Assembly (NCBI RefSeq): GCF_001194135.2
Contig: NC_068995.1
Location: 41,149,296-41,213,295 of the forward strand
DNA: 64,000 nucleotides
Reading direction: 5' to 3'
Origin: Octopus bimaculoides
Lineage: Eukaryota
Shown here: positions 1-13,460 of the stretch, piece by piece
How the letters are laid out: each line of letters begins with the position of its first letter
Position numbering within the stretch: the stretch's first letter is position 1
Translations under genes and position numbers: made by a program
The notes under the pieces: generated by a model
What the model saw: only the letters and a program-made list of their open reading frames with translations
The model's database searches: none
What the model was told of the DNA's origin: nothing

Positions 1-258
1 CGCAATGGCCCAGTGGTTAGGGCAGCGGACTCGCGGTCATAGGATTGCGGTTTCGATTCCCAGACCGGGCGTTGTTTCGATTCCCAGACCAGCCTTGTCA
101 CACTGTGTCACGCTGAATCTCCCCGAGAACTATGTCAAGGGTACACGTGTCTGTGAAGTGCTCAGCCACTTGCACGTTAATTTCACGAGCAGGCTGTTCC
201 GTTGATCGGATCAACTGGAACCCTCGACGTCGTAAGCGACGGAGTGCCAACAACAACA
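1..258 (+). mobile_element. tRNA-derived SINE family A, internally deleted, 5' end at the window edge
   Basis: tRNA-like head GGCCCAGTGGTTAGGG...GTTTCGATTCCC and (AAC)n tail. Near-identical to the copies at 4825, 11209 and 47025 but lacks ~140 nt of the body. Confidence 0.9.
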
Positions 259-824
259 CTGTAGCAGGTTGAAAAATGTTAGCCCAGAAAGATTATAAGT
301 GACATCTAGATAAAGTCTGCCTCAATTTACACCGGAAACTTTGCAAAGAGTGTAGATACAATACTTCAGACAAGTGGTTCAATTATTTATCGGGAAATGC
401 TGTAAATGAATTTGATAAACTCGAAATCTTATGTGATTTTAACATCGAAACCCAAACGGAACACTTGAAAACCTGATACCAGCTATCATTATACATGGCA
501 TGAAAAAGTGAATGCCACATAACAGACACTGCGATTCTTGGAGACAAAAGCATTGTAGACAAAGAAGTAGAAAAGATTTTGAAATATACTGAACTAAAAG
601 TAGAGATATGAATGTGGGAATGGTTTGCAGGGGAAAATTAGAGTTGTATAAGTTAACGTAGAAGTCGTGGTTTCACTCCTCCAAAAATATCATACTAACT
701 GGAACAGTTAAACATCAAGACAGACAAGTGAGTGCTCCAAAAATCTGCTCCTCTTGAAACGCCTCATTTTCTTCAAACGGTACTTTCTGTCCAAAGCCTT
801 GGAGGGAAATTGCACGACAAATGA
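259..824 (+). mobile_element. Decayed 3' end of an RLE-type (R2/R4-like) non-LTR retrotransposon
   Basis: Translation with stops and frameshifts: LAQKDYK*H.DKVCLNLHRKLCKE...EILCDFNIET...CHITDTAILGDKSIVDKEVEKILKYTELKVEI...QKSAPLETPHFLQTVLSVQ. This is the zinc-knuckle/restriction-like endonuclease pattern. Confidence 0.85.
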
Positions 825-1068
825 AATACTTCATATCCATTCTGTGCTATGAAATATAATCACAATAGCGATTATGATTATTTTGGCTGACGCTCAGCAA
901 TTTTAGGAAGAGAGTTTAGTTGAAACTATTGATCCAGTACTTCACTACTTCGATATATTATCGACTCTGAAGAGAAGGGTAGCAAAGTTGATTTCAACCG
1001 GATTTAAACTGAGAACTCAAGGATTTTTTTCCCGATGGTCAAACTATTCTGCCAACCACCACTGCCCT

Positions 1069-1102
<34 letters not shown>

Positions 1103-1384
1103 ATAATGATACTAATGTGTGTATGTGTACATGTGTGGTCAGTGTAAAACAAAATAAGTTGTCAAAATTTAGATATTTTCTATGATGTTTTACCTGATAT
1201 TAATAAGCTTAATCAAGTTTCTGTCATATTTTACTGCCGAGCTTTCTCAGAAACCCCTTATTTTACGAATATCCCCTCCCTCATCAAATTCCGTGATATT
1301 TTGGGGATTCGTAAAATCCTACATTCGCTACTATTAGGGAAGTCTAGCACCGAGCACCAAAAAGAGTCTGTTCCTTGACGTTTC

Positions 1385-1559
1385 TCTTTTACTTGTCTCA
1401 GTCATTTGACTGCGACCGCAGGACTTATTCTTTATAAGCCTAGTACTTATTCTATCGGTCTCTTTTTGCCGAACCGTTAAGTTATGGGGACGTAAACACA
1501 CCAGCATCGGTTGTCAAGCGATGGTGGTGAGGGGACAAACACAGACACACAAACACACT

Positions 1560-1597
<38 letters not shown>

Positions 1598-1634
1598 CAT
1601 ATATACCACGGGCTTCTTTCAGTTTCCGTCTACC
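1385..1634 (-). mobile_element. SINE family D (internal microsatellite), running into an N-gap
   Basis: Same sequence as the D copies at 12762, 34139, 44370, 53925, 59535 and 61266. Confidence 0.85.
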
Positions 1635-2212
1635 NNNNNNNNNNNNNNNNNNNNNNNNNNNNNNNNNNNNNNNNNNNNNNNNNNNNNNNNNNNNNNNNNN
1701 NNNNNNNNNNNNNNNNNNNNNNNNNNNNNNNNNNNNNNNNNNNNNNNNNNNNNNNNNNNNNNNNNNNNNNNNNNNNNNNNNNNNNNNNNNNNNNNNNNNN
1801 NNNNNNNNNNNNNNNNNNNNNNNNNNNNNNNNNNNNNNNNNNNNNNNNNNNNNNNNNNNNNNNNNNNNNNNNNNNNNNNNNNNNNNNNNNNNNNNNNNNN
1901 NNNNNNNNNNNNNNNNNNNNNNNNNNNNNNNNNNNNNNNNNNNNNNNNNNNNNNNNNNNNNNNNNNNNNNNNNNNNNNNNNNNNNNNNNNNNNNNNNNNN
2001 NNNNNNNNNNNNNNNNNNNNNNNNNNNNNNNNNNNNNNNNNNNNNNNNNNNNNNNNNNNNNNNNNNNNNNNNNNNNNNNNNNNNNNNNNNNNNNNNNNNN
2101 NNNNNNNNNNNNAGGGAGGTAATCATAAAAAAAAAGCCCAAACGTGTTCCTTTCTACTTCACCATTCCGAACTAACCAAGGATTGATCAACTTGCTAGAA
2201 ATAGCAGTCAAA

Positions 2213-2444
2213 GGCGGCGAGCTGGCAGAAACGTTAGCACACCGGGCGAAATGCTTAACGGTATTTCGTCTGCCGTTGCGTTCTGAGTTCAAATTCCGCC
2301 GAGGTCCACTTTGCCTTTCGTCCTTTTGGGGGTCGATAAATTAAGTACCAGTTACGCACTGGAGTAGATGTAATCGACTTAATCCCTTTGTCTGTCCTTG
2401 TTTGTCCCCTCTATGTTTAGCCCCTTGTGGGCAATAAAGAAACA
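2213..2444 (+). mobile_element. tRNA-derived SINE family B with 16-bp TSD
   Basis: GGCGGCGAGCTGGCAGAA...GAGTTCAAATTCC head. TSD AGAAATAGCAGTCAAA at 2197-2212 and 2445-2460. Inserted into the dispersed 'gctagaaatagcagccaaatctc' repeat. Confidence 0.92.
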
Positions 2445-2730
2445 AGAAATAGCAGTCAAAATCTCCAACACATCATAAACCACAGGCGGAAGATACATTA
2501 AATAATGTGGCTCTAGATACACTATACCTACTCCAGACCCTCGATAACCACCAAGCCAACATTCTCTAAAACTCAAGTGAGGAACACAGTACGATGTCGC
2601 TGCGACATACAGACATTCTGGGATTCAGCCAGAGAATGATCTTTTGGGACTGATTGATATAAAATTTTTCACAGACACACTCCAACCTAATCACCCCCAC
2701 ACCTGCTGTGTCCTCTCTCTCTGCTCTTTA

Positions 2731-2794
2731 TACTACTACTACTACCACCACCACTACCACCACCACTACTACTGCTACTACTACTACTACCAAC

Positions 2795-2844
<50 letters not shown>

Positions 2845-2848
2845 CAAC

Positions 2849-2886
<38 letters not shown>

Positions 2887-2889
2887 CAA

Positions 2890-2922
<33 letters not shown>

Positions 2923-2926
2923 CAAC

Positions 2927-2961
<35 letters not shown>

Positions 2962-2964
2962 CAA

Positions 2965-2997
<33 letters not shown>

Positions 2998-3030
2998 CAA
3001 CACCACCACTACTACTACTACTACTACAAC
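2731..3030. repeat. Compound (TAC)n/CAA/(CAC)n microsatellite with higher-order 33-45 bp units
   Basis: Blocks of (tac)n caa (cac)3-4 repeated about 7 times. Confidence 0.95.
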
Positions 3031-3308
3031 AAACAATGGCTTCCGTTTCTCGGAATGGCTGCTTTCGAACCACCTCCTCGCAGGACTCTCTATACTCATT
3101 TGTTTTCCCATTCCCATGCTGTATCTGACTCGCCCCCACCCACTTCCTACTCTACCCCCACTACCAATCCTTCTTCCCCCAGAAGTTTAATTTGCCTGGA
3201 ATTAACCCCCATCTCAGATCACAGTTTAAGCAAAGAGGTTAACGGCATGAATTTCGTCTGTCTTGAGAAGGCCCACAGGCACGAGCTTTCATTCCAGATC
3301 TAGGTAAT

Positions 3309-3318
3309 AACAACAACA

Positions 3319-3350
<32 letters not shown>

Positions 3351-3610
3351 AACGACAACAACAACAACAACAACAATAATAATAATAATAATAATAATAA
3401 TAATTAATAATCCTTTCTATTATAGGCACAAAGCCTGAAATTTTGGAGAGGGGGACTAGTCGATTACATCGACCCTAGTGCTTCACCTTTATTTAATTTA
3501 TCGACCCTGAAAGGATAAATGGCAAAGTCGACCTCGGTGGAATTTGAACTCAGTACGTAAAAACGGACGAAATGCCGTAAAGAATTTTGCCCGGCCTGCT
3601 AACGATTCTG
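3309..3610 (-). mobile_element. SINE B copy (minus strand) with (AAC)(GAC)(AAT) microsatellite tail
   Basis: Reverse complement of the family B body at ~3430-3610; trinucleotide run at 3309-3408. Confidence 0.8.
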
Positions 3611-3936
3611 TAATAATGATAATGATAATAATAATAATTATAATAATAATCCTTTCTACGGGAGATACAAGGCCTCAAATTTGTGGGGAGGGGACTAGTC
3701 GATTACATTGACTCCGTTGTTTCACTGGTACTTTATTTATCGACCCTCGGGNNNNNNNNNNNNNNNNNNNNNNNNNNNNNNNNNNNNNNNNNNNNNNNNN
3801 NNNNNNNNNNNNNNNNNNNNNNNNNNNNNNNNNNNNNNNNNNNNNNNNNNNNNNNNNNNNNNNNNNNNNNNNNNNNNNNNNNNNNNNNNNNNNNNNNNNN
3901 NNNNNNNNNNNNNNNNNNNNNNNNNNNNNNNNNNNN

Positions 3937-3989
<53 letters not shown>

Positions 3990-4824
3990 ATACGTTAGTC
4001 CGAAGAGGAAAAGTATTGTCCCTGGCCTGTGAATATCCACCCACACTATTGAGAATAATGCGGTTGATGTTCAGTTTGACGATCATCAAATCAAAGTCTG
4101 CTAGTGACATGTGGTGAGTTAGGAATTAGGTCTCGATGTCTGCAACGGAAATCATACCGTCCAAGTCCACCAAGGTTCTGCTGCTGGTGGTGGTGGTAGT
4201 GTGAGACACCATCAAGTTTAGACTTAATGACGCTTAAACTGTATGTATGTGTGGGTCTAAATGTGTGTGTGTACGTGTGATATATAATTCCAAGTGGTAT
4301 GAAATGTGAAGCAATTTGATTTTTAAAATGATAACATTGCATACACAAATTTTTTTTTTGGGGGGGGGTGCTAGTAAGTGTTATTTCTTGTTTGCTTCTT
4401 TCCAGATAAAGATCAAAGGAAATGACTACTGTCCCCTTCAAACTTTGCTTTTGTGACCTGGACATCAATGTTTTGAAACTGGTCTATTTTCCATTACATT
4501 TCAGAGATTCATCGTTAAATTGCTTAAGCAGAAATATCGTTCCAACAAATATTCTACTCAATACCACAGATTTGCTTGCCAGTTGCTTGATTTTAACCAG
4601 TTGAGCATGTCTCTTAGTGGCTGACAATATGTGCATCTCTGATCAGGAGTAGGAGTAGTCGGGGAGCACCATAGCTATATCTTGAGAGGGGTTTGTAACG
4701 GGTGTTGTTTATGTTGAAGAAGAGAAAAGATGATGTGGATGTCGTTGTGTTGGACTTCAAGGAATAAGGAGAACATTAGTCGAAGTTGTAGATCATATAT
4801 TTTATTGCACCGTTACATATAATC

Positions 4825-5210
4825 GTGGAGGTGCATTGGCCCAGTGGTTAGGGCAGCGGACTCGCGGTCATAGGATCGCGGTTTCGATTCCCAGACCGGG
4901 CGTTGTGAGTGTTTATTGAGCGAAAACACCTAAAAGCTCCACGAGGCTCCGGCAGGGGATGGTGGCGAACCCTGCTGTACTCTTTCACCACAACTTTCTC
5001 TCACTCTTACTTCCTGTTTCTGTTGTGCCTGTAATTCAAAGGGCCAGCCTTGTCACACTGTGTCACGCTGAATATTCCCGAGAACTATGTTAAGGGTACA
5101 CGTATCTGTGGAGTGCTCAGCCAGTTGCACGTTAATTTCACGAGCAGGCTGTTCCGTTGATCGGATCAACTGGAATCCTCGACGTCGTAAGCGACGGAGT
5201 GCCAACAACA
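4825..5210 (+). mobile_element. Full-length SINE family A (~385 bp) with 10-bp TSD
   Basis: TSD ACATATAATC at 4815-4824 and 5211-5220; tRNA-like A/B-box head; AAC tail. Confidence 0.95.
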
Positions 5211-7399
5211 ACATATAATCATTTCCTAACTACGACGGGTAGGTGTGTATAAAATAAATTAGTTGAAAAGCATACCAGGTAAAAGAGAGTTGTATTTTCG
5301 TGTATGGTCTTAAGTTCACATACCCTCTTCGTTCTAGCAGCAGGAAAGAAATAGATAGAGTGGTGTTTGTTAAAACGGCGTGAGTGAACAAGTGAGAGAA
5401 GTTGTATGGTGAAACACCATAGCCGCCGGTCGCTTTGTGTCTGCCTCTGTCTGATCTGCTTGTATTTATAAGTATGCAGACTAGCTAGAAAAAGATGTAT
5501 ACCGTTGTAACTGTAACTAGTCACCTGCGGGGCAACTTATTTTATTTATTTAAACTCTTTGTAGCCTTGAAAGTGTTATGGGTCAAGAGGAAAACGCGTC
5601 AATCGAATGTTGGCAAGGCCATAGGTTGAACGAAACGACGTTGTTTCTCGACAGAACAATAAGGCTGTATAGTTAGGGGGAAGTTTAGCGATTCGGTTTC
5701 GAACCTCAGGTATGACCAAGCAAGGTGTCTACAGCTTCTTTGAGGTTTGAATAAATGTAAGTAAAGCAAATTTTGTAGGAAATATAGTAAGCAAAAAAGA
5801 AATACTCGAGGACAAAAGTCATGTTACACTGTGTAATTAAGAAAAAAGGAGAAAAAAAAAACGTAACGGATTTGTCTTTCGTTGAATGTTTGTAAAAAGT
5901 GTGGCGGAATCAGATGTAAAAAACATTAGACGTTTAAATTCATATTCTGAAGCTATTTCGGTGTTACAACCGACACGATGAGACTGCTAGCCTTCTTCTG
6001 ACTCAACCCAGAAAAAATATCAAGTTCAGTCAGGCAATGAGATACAGTGTCTGTTTTTAAAATGTCTGAATGGCGTCGACATTTTTATAGCGAAATGTTA
6101 GACAAGTATGTGATGGCTTCACGGTCGCTGTCGACATCTGCTGCTATTTTAACAGCAAAACTTTTATTCATCGGTGATTGTAGGTTGAAAAGAAATCAGC
6201 CAAGAACTATTTGTAAGCGGAAGTAATGTTCTGTTATTTTGCCTCCAGATGGCAGTTATATCGAGGGCGAATAGGTGATGACATTTAGACGACATTTTAA
6301 TACCAAATATTCGTCTTAATTACGAAAACAACTTGGTGTAGTCGTGATGGTAGTGGTAGTGGTGGTAGTAGAGATGTTGGTGGTTTGTTCTTGACATTCA
6401 GATGCTATAACAATACGGTTTGAGAGCGCTAAGCAGTAATGTGTATAGACACAAACTTGTTATCAATTCAAATATACGGGCTCGAATATACCTCAGGCAT
6501 ATTTGAACTGGTAACAAGTTTGTACTACTAAAGTAATGTATTTTGTATTTTGACTCTACATGGTCACTGAAACTGCTTGAAATAACTGCCAAATCTCCCT
6601 CAAAATCACATCATCCTACTGCATTGTTTTTAAACGAAATGACCACTAAATAATATGAACCTAGATATATTATGACAAAAGATTAAAAAAAAAAACTATG
6701 CAAGAAACGGTAGGTTAGTCATGTCTGGAATGGCTTTTGATCATTTTGATGTGCTTCATAAACGGTAATCTGGGGTTAAGCTATAACGTTTATCCCTTAT
6801 TTATATTTTTGTCTGTTTGGCCTTACTAAATTCTAAAACCTTCGTTCTGGTTAAAGGGCCGAATACACAGAGTCATCACAACATCGGATGGAATGGCTAG
6901 ATCTCTGCATTTTGAGTTCAAATCCCACTGCAGTCAATTTACCTACCGTCTTTTCGATGTCAAAGTACAAATTAGCTGAATTGTTGGAATGTCGGACGAA
7001 ATGCATCGTGGGATCTGTTCCGGTTGTTTGGGTTTCACACAGCAATGTCTGCGTCGACCCTGGTATCAAGCTGTGATGACATTGTCTTTCTCTTAGACAA
7101 AACATCAGTGCTAGCGAGATGAGAGGAGACTTGCATGGACAACTGTTGTTCGTCTATAAAATACGTTGTATGTACTCAAGAGTGGAACTTTTCACTTACA
7201 GATATACTGCTTCTGGAGACATTCGGAAGCCTTAGCTCTTGGTGAAGGAATGACTGTCAGAACACATCAGGCAGCCAGTTTGTTCCATGTTTGGTTCACT
7301 AGTTTATGGATCTTTGTTCAAACCACGCCAAAGCACATTCCTACTCCTAGGCTCGATACAACAAATACCTGAAATGTACTGAGTTCAATTGTGGCACGA

Positions 7400-7922
7400 G
7401 GTCAGAAATTTCGTGGGAGGAGGAGTAAATTGATTACATCGACCCCAATGCTTAACTGGTACTAATTGTGTCGACCCCACCAAAGAATGAAAGGCAAAAT
7501 CGACCTCGGCAGAATTTGAACTCAGAACGTAAAGACGGACAAAATCCCGCTAAGCACTTTGCCCGGCGTGCTAACAATTCTGCCAGCTCAAGGAAGTGGG
7601 TAAGTCGATTACATCGACCTCACTGAGTTAGGCAAGGCTGGCCCTTTGAAATACAGGTACAGAAGAAAGAGTGAGAGAANNNNNNNNNNCAAGGAAGTGG
7701 GTAAGTCGATTACATCGACCTCACTGAGTTAGGCAAGGCTGGCCCTTTGAAATACAGGTACAGAAGAAAGAGTGAGAGAAAGTTGTGGTGAAAGAGTACA
7801 GCAGAGTTCGCTACCACCTCGCGGAGGTTTAGGTGTTTTCGTTCAATAAACACTCACAACGCCCAGTCTGGGAATCGAAACCGCGATTCCACGACCGTGA
7901 GTCCGCTGCCCTAACCACTGGG
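7400..7922 (-). mobile_element. SINE B copy (~7400-7590) next to a SINE A 5' half joined to a B-like tail (~7592-7922)
   Basis: Reverse complements of the B and A consensus segments. An ~88-nt segment is repeated on both sides of the 10-N gap. Confidence 0.75.
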
Positions 7923-10900
7923 TTACATGAGCCGGTATAGTCTTACCTACAATATATATGATAATGTATAGCCCAGTATTTCTTCAAAAGAAGAAACCTA
8001 ACCTGTGATAGTAATTTTCAGGAAGACATTTAAGGAGTCTAGTAGAGGAATTTTGTTTTTAAGTTTAAAAATTCTTTTTATTATTTTCACTCCTATCTCG
8101 ATTTATTTTCCTTGTAAAATTGATTTTAAAGATGCAAATATTGAATCAGTATAAAGGGTTGTTGACGCTTTTGTAATAAATCGTACTGTATACAGAACTA
8201 CTTGTTACTTAGCATTTGCAGGGAGGGAGTAATCGGGTAGGTAAACTGCTAAAAGGCAACTACAGGAAAATTATTAAGAAATACTGGTAGAGTAGATTAA
8301 TTCGATCCCCAGAACTTAACTGGTACCTATTTTATTATCTCCAGAAGATTAAGACAAAGCTGATCTCAGTAGGATTATCCAACGCTATAACGACTCTGGT
8401 GTCCTTCACAAAAATGAGTGACGCTAGAAAAAAAAAAAAAAATTTATGTTTAGTTCAATGTAGATTTGAGCAAAAGCTGAGAGATGAGACATAAGAGGTC
8501 TCACTCCATACTCATCTCAGCGACTTCATTCTCGTAGCATATATGGTAGAGGGAAAGATGGAGCAGCGTGTTTTGAGTTGAGACTCAGTTAAAGTCAGCT
8601 TATTTCGCACCAGTAGTCAAGACCTTGGATTGTTTAAATAGACGAACAAATAAGTGGTAGAATCACTTTTGCATCGGACAGACTGTCCCGAGATCAAATC
8701 TCACCAAAATTTGTTGTGATTTTCATCTTTCTGAGTTTGATGAAATAAAAGCTCCAGCGAAATACCTAGAGTAGATTTATGTTCCTGTAATGCAGCCCAA
8801 ATAGGAATGGAATTATAATAGAAGAAAATTCCACCATTTACTAGTAACTTCTTAGATATGAATATGATTATAATAGAAATCTACCATTTTACACTCCCCT
8901 TATATAGTGGATAGGTGGAGATGGCATAACACTGCAGATTTCTTGAATGAAAGTTTGACAATATTTACTTTGGTGATTCACGTGAAATCTTCCCAGTTCA
9001 TATCTACAAAGAACAAATGTTTCTCACCTCGCTCTTTATCCATCTGAGTGATAATAAAGACGATACCAGTAATACAACATGATTATCTTATTCAACTGAA
9101 TGCTTTTCCATCCAAGTTCCGTTACCAGACTTTGGTGCCTGGGGGTGCTTCAGAATATTCTGGGTGGGCACTAATTCTTAATAATGTTAAAGTGGAGATT
9201 CTAAATAATAAGTGTATCACTATAGATCTGAGGGTGTAACATTGATTTGTAAAAGAGCAGTGCTGTCTAATGTACCTACCCTTCCTTAGCGATGAGTATG
9301 TTTTCATCTGACAATAATGCCTTTAAGTTCAAACAAAATAGGTTGTTTAACTATGGCGAGAAAAGGCGAAGGGCTGGAAACAGGTTTAAAGAAGAGATTG
9401 AGGCCAAATAGTCAAGTAACAGAGATGTAATTCTGAAGTACAGACGCCGACCAAATGGTCAGTTTCTTGTAGTTTCTGAGTGCAGACACCGCTAGAATTT
9501 GTTACTATAGTTTTATCAAATCATGCCTTACCGTCTAATAGAGAACGCATAAGTTAGTATATATAACAGCTTAAAAAAAAGAGAAAAAGAAAAAAAGAGG
9601 CGAGATGGTCACGGCTAGAATGTTTATAATGGTAGGTTTGTTTGATCAGGGCTGACCTGGAATATTCAATGACACTGCCACTCTCATTAACAACACTCAG
9701 TAATCGACCATATTCCCCTCGCTTATATCATTGATATTTCACTTGCTTTTTCTTAAAAGTACACTGGTCATTGTAGAACCACCACTACCACCACCATTTG
9801 AACTATTCAAATTATGTCAAGTTTTCTCTTTTTCTATGTTCAATGAAACCGTTTTGTGCTATTCCGTTATCCCGGTCAAGAAAGTGTTACCTCCCTTGTT
9901 TATGTGGTTGCTTTATTACCTCCCTTACATTCCATAAGCCCGTTATAGAGCCTTCTATATGGTCATATGACTTGTTAGAAATAGCAGCCACAATCTTTCT
10001 CGAATCACATTGTCTTGGGGAGGGAGGGAGGGAGAGAGAGAGAGAGAGAGGGGNNNNNNNNNNNNNNNNNNNNNNNNNNNNNNNNNNNNNNNNNNNNNNN
10101 NNNNNNNNNNNNNNNNNNNNNNNNNNNNNNNNNNNNNNNNNNNNNNNNNNNNNNNNNNNNNNNNNNNNNNNNNNNNNNNNNNNNNNNNNNNNNNNNNNNN
10201 NNNNNNNNNNNNNNNNNNNNNNNNNNNNNNNNNNNNNNNNNNNGGGTGTATGGAAATAAAGGATATTTAGCTGCTATTTCTAGCTAGTCACCAAACAGAA
10301 GTGCAAAAAGTTCAGTGGAATATATTTTGGGATCTTTTTGGTTTGACGGGCAACATTTTTCATTAATGTTTTATGTAGTGTTTTTGGTACCGAAACACTT
10401 TCAAACTTCGTATATTTTGTATTATAGAACAGATAAAAAATTTTGTATTCGAAGTTATTTCATGTAAAAAGTTGTCGTATTTCGGTAATTTCAACCAATC
10501 ACTGACGTCTATTGAGGTGAAAACAATTAATGGCGTGGAATGTATTTGTTATTTAATGTGTCCTTCCTTTTTAAGGCAGTAAGGATGATGTTTGAAGTAT
10601 ATTTGCCTACTATTTTTAGCAAGGTGAAGTACCCACATTCAGTCCCTTTTGTTTTGTCTTTCGTTGTTTAAGCCCAACTCCTTAGGTCCTGATTGAGCAA
10701 ACCTATAATAAAACTCTCCAACTATGACCATTTCGACTTAACGAAGAAGTACATCCAGTACAACACTATCCAAGTGTCCTTTCTTTTTAAAACAGGTAAG
10801 ATTTGTTTGGCTGCTATTTTTAGCGGGTCAAGCAACCACATAGATTAATAATAAAGACAATATCCACTTCGTCCTCGTCGTAGTTGTTGTTGTTTTTGTT

Positions 10901-11208
10901 ATCTAGAACCGGGTCATCTGATTGTGCATGACTATGATAAAAGGCATTCCAGCCGTGACGGTCCAGTGTTTTTCTTTACGCAGACATCCAATGTATCTCT
11001 CCTTGTTAAAGTGATTGCGTGAGATGGGGCCGGAGTTTCAAGCAATTCGAGCGACTTGTTGCTAACGGAGGTAGAAGTGGTGGTGGTAATGGGATAATTG
11101 TAGTGTTGACTGTAGCTCTGGTGGTGGTGTTTAATGTCAAGTTGACAGTGATTAAGCAAACAAATGATGTGTTGCAGGTTGGTTTTGATAGTGTTGCTAT
11201 GAAGGTTA

Positions 11209-11593
11209 GTGGAGGCGCAATGGCCCAGTTGTTACGGCAGCGGATTCGCGGTCATAGGATCGCAGTTTCGATTCCCAGACCGGGCGTTGTGAGTGTTTAT
11301 TGAGCGAAAACACCTAAAAGCTCCACGAGGCTCCGACAGGGGATGGTGGCGAACCCTGCTGTACTCTTTCACCACAACTTTCTCTCACTCTTACTTCCGG
11401 TTTCTGTTGTGCCTGTAATTCAAAGGAACCAGCCTTGTCACACTGTGTTACGCTGAATATCCCCGAGAACTACGTTAAGGGTACACGTGTCTGTGGAGTG
11501 CTCAGCCACTTGCACGTAAATTTCACGAGCAGGCTGTTCCAGTTGATCGGATCAACTGGAACCCTCGACGTCGTAAGCGACGGAGTGCCAACA
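11209..11593 (+). mobile_element. Full-length SINE family A with 11-bp TSD
   Basis: TSD GCTATGAAGGT at 11196-11206 and 11594-11604. Confidence 0.95.
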
Positions 11594-11944
11594 GCTATGA
11601 AGGTGGTGGTGGTGGTGGGTTTTATGCTGGTGTGTGGGAGAGTTGTTGCAATGATGTTGGTGTTAACAGACGTCAAGAGGCAGAGATCAGACGTCGAAAA
11701 CGCAAAGAGCGATACGCTCTTCCTCGTCCTCCACGAACTCTCCCCTGCGATAAATGCCCCCTCCCCCGCTCTTCTATATTGCCCCTGGCCTGAACAGCCA
11801 CCTGGGGCACCGGCACCCATCATGATGAAGAGTCAAACCACTGGCTACAGATCTACGGACATGAGTTCGCCGTCGCCGCCGACTACTGTAATGGCGGCAG
11901 TAGCGTTATAACAATGATGATGGTGGTAGAGGGTGCCTCTACGT

Positions 11945-12650
11945 GGTTACTAAACCTTCTAAAAATAGCAGCCAAATCTCTCTCAACCTTCTTCGTCCTA
12001 GAAAAAGCTACACCAAGTAATGTCTTCTTGGGTACTCTCTATTTTACTTTGATGGCAATATTGCTGTTTAGCCACGAATGAGTAGCACAATGATCAGAAG
12101 CATTATATAGTAGGGAGATTTGACTACTGTATCTAGCAGGGCGACAGACTGCATGGAGGCTTAATCTCAGGTTTGATGGGATCTATTATAAAATATGTTC
12201 CAGCCACGACCATCATTTTATTGCTCACTTCTAGAATTGATAGTACAGACTAAGATTTGACTGCTATATCTAGCAGGCCGCGCGACCGCACGGGGACCCG
12301 CTTCGCTGTTATTATTTAGCTGTGTGTCTGCTCTGATTGAGTAGATCTATGATGAAAAACATTTCAGCTTCGACAAGCCATCTTAATTTCAAATATAGAA
12401 TAATATAGAGATGCACCATATAGCATTCCTTTTTTAAAATGGCAAAGTTTCATTGGAGAGATATAGCTGCTATTTTTAGCAGGTAAGGTGACCTCTTAGA
12501 AGTACTTACATTGTTCTGAAGCACGAAGTCGTGACTACGTTATCTGAAATATGGTATGGGGTATCGACAGCTTTCACCTATGCTAGACCTGCTAGAAACA
12601 GCAGCCAAATATCCCTCCAATAGCACCCTGCCGTAGTGTTTCTCATAGGG
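11945..12650. repeat. Cluster of the dispersed 'ctagaaatagcagccaaatctccctcaa' repeat, in both orientations
   Basis: The same motif recurs at ~6570, 9970, 10260, 10560-10840, 13790-13950, 21200, 22800, 23290, 29260 and 49080. Family type not determined. Confidence 0.7.
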
Positions 12651-12761
12651 AAGGGGGCTTCTTTAAACTTTTATCTTTAAAGTCGAACAAATCGACCCCA
12701 GGAATTGCTTCTTTTTAAAGCCTTGTACTTATTCAATCATTCTCTTTTGCTGAACATTGAG

Positions 12762-13460
12762 CAGGCGTGGCTATGTGGTAAGAAGCTTGCTTCCCTACCA
12801 TATGGTTTTGGGTTCAATTCCCCTGTATAGCACCTTGGGTAAATGTCTTCTACTATATCCAACCAATGCCTTGTGAGTGGTTTTGGTTGATGGTAACTGA
12901 GAAAGGTATATATCTGTGTGTGTGTCTTTGTCCCCACCACCACTTAACAACCGGTGGTGGTGTGTTTACGTCCCAGTAACGTAGCAATTCGGCAAAAGAG
13001 ACCGATAGAATAAATACTAAGCTTCAAAAATATCAAGTCTTCGGCTGGATTTATTCGACTAAAACCGTTCAAGACAGTGCCCCAGCATGGCCGCAATCAA
13101 ATGACTGAAACAAGCAGAAAGATAAAAAAAAATATTGAAAATCAAATTCGTTTTCCTCAAGGATGCACCGTTTCCGAGCTTTTTTGGGGGGGGCTAATCA
13201 CACACACAAAACCACGTACACTTATATATATGCATATATGTATGTATGTGTGTGTGAGTGTGTGTGTGTATGTCCCCCACCACCGATTGACAACCGGTGT
13301 TGGTGTGTTCACGTCCCTGTAAATTAGACGTTCAGCAAAAGAAACCGATAGTACCGGGCTTTAAAAACAATAAGCACTTGGGTCGATTACGTTCGACTAA
13401 AAATTATTCAAGACAGTGCCCCAGTATGGCCACAATCTAATAACTAAAACAAATGAAAAA
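12762..13460 (+). mobile_element. SINE D copy (~12762-13125) followed by a second D 3' half (~13262-13460)
   Basis: CAGGCGTGGCTATGTGGTAAGAAGCTTGCTT head, internal TG repeat, AATGACTGAAACAAG..AAAGA tail; the 3' half is repeated. Confidence 0.8.

Noticed and set aside
1482-2292. Long ORFs full of X here and at the other gaps (3675, 9798, 21549, 41031, 59646)
   Set aside because: They are open only because N runs contain no stop codons.
2644-3303. Poly-Y/H, poly-T, poly-V and poly-S/G ORFs in several frames
   Set aside because: Translations of a (TAC)/(CAC) microsatellite; no splice support or homology.
4030-4460. Plus-strand donor (4114) and acceptor (~4404) pair
   Set aside because: No frame joins them without an immediate stop, and the downstream peptide IKIKGNDYCPLQTLLL* is not recognised.
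4825-4895. tRNA-like sequences at the heads of families A, B, D and F
   Set aside because: A/B boxes are present but run into SINE bodies with tails and TSDs; no complete cloverleaf, so not tRNA genes.
7592-7780. ~88-bp direct repeat
   Set aside because: The identical copies sit either side of a 10-N gap, typical of unmerged contig overlap.
11435-11911. 158-aa ORF
   Set aside because: Starts inside SINE A and continues through GGT-rich low-complexity DNA; no recognisable domain.
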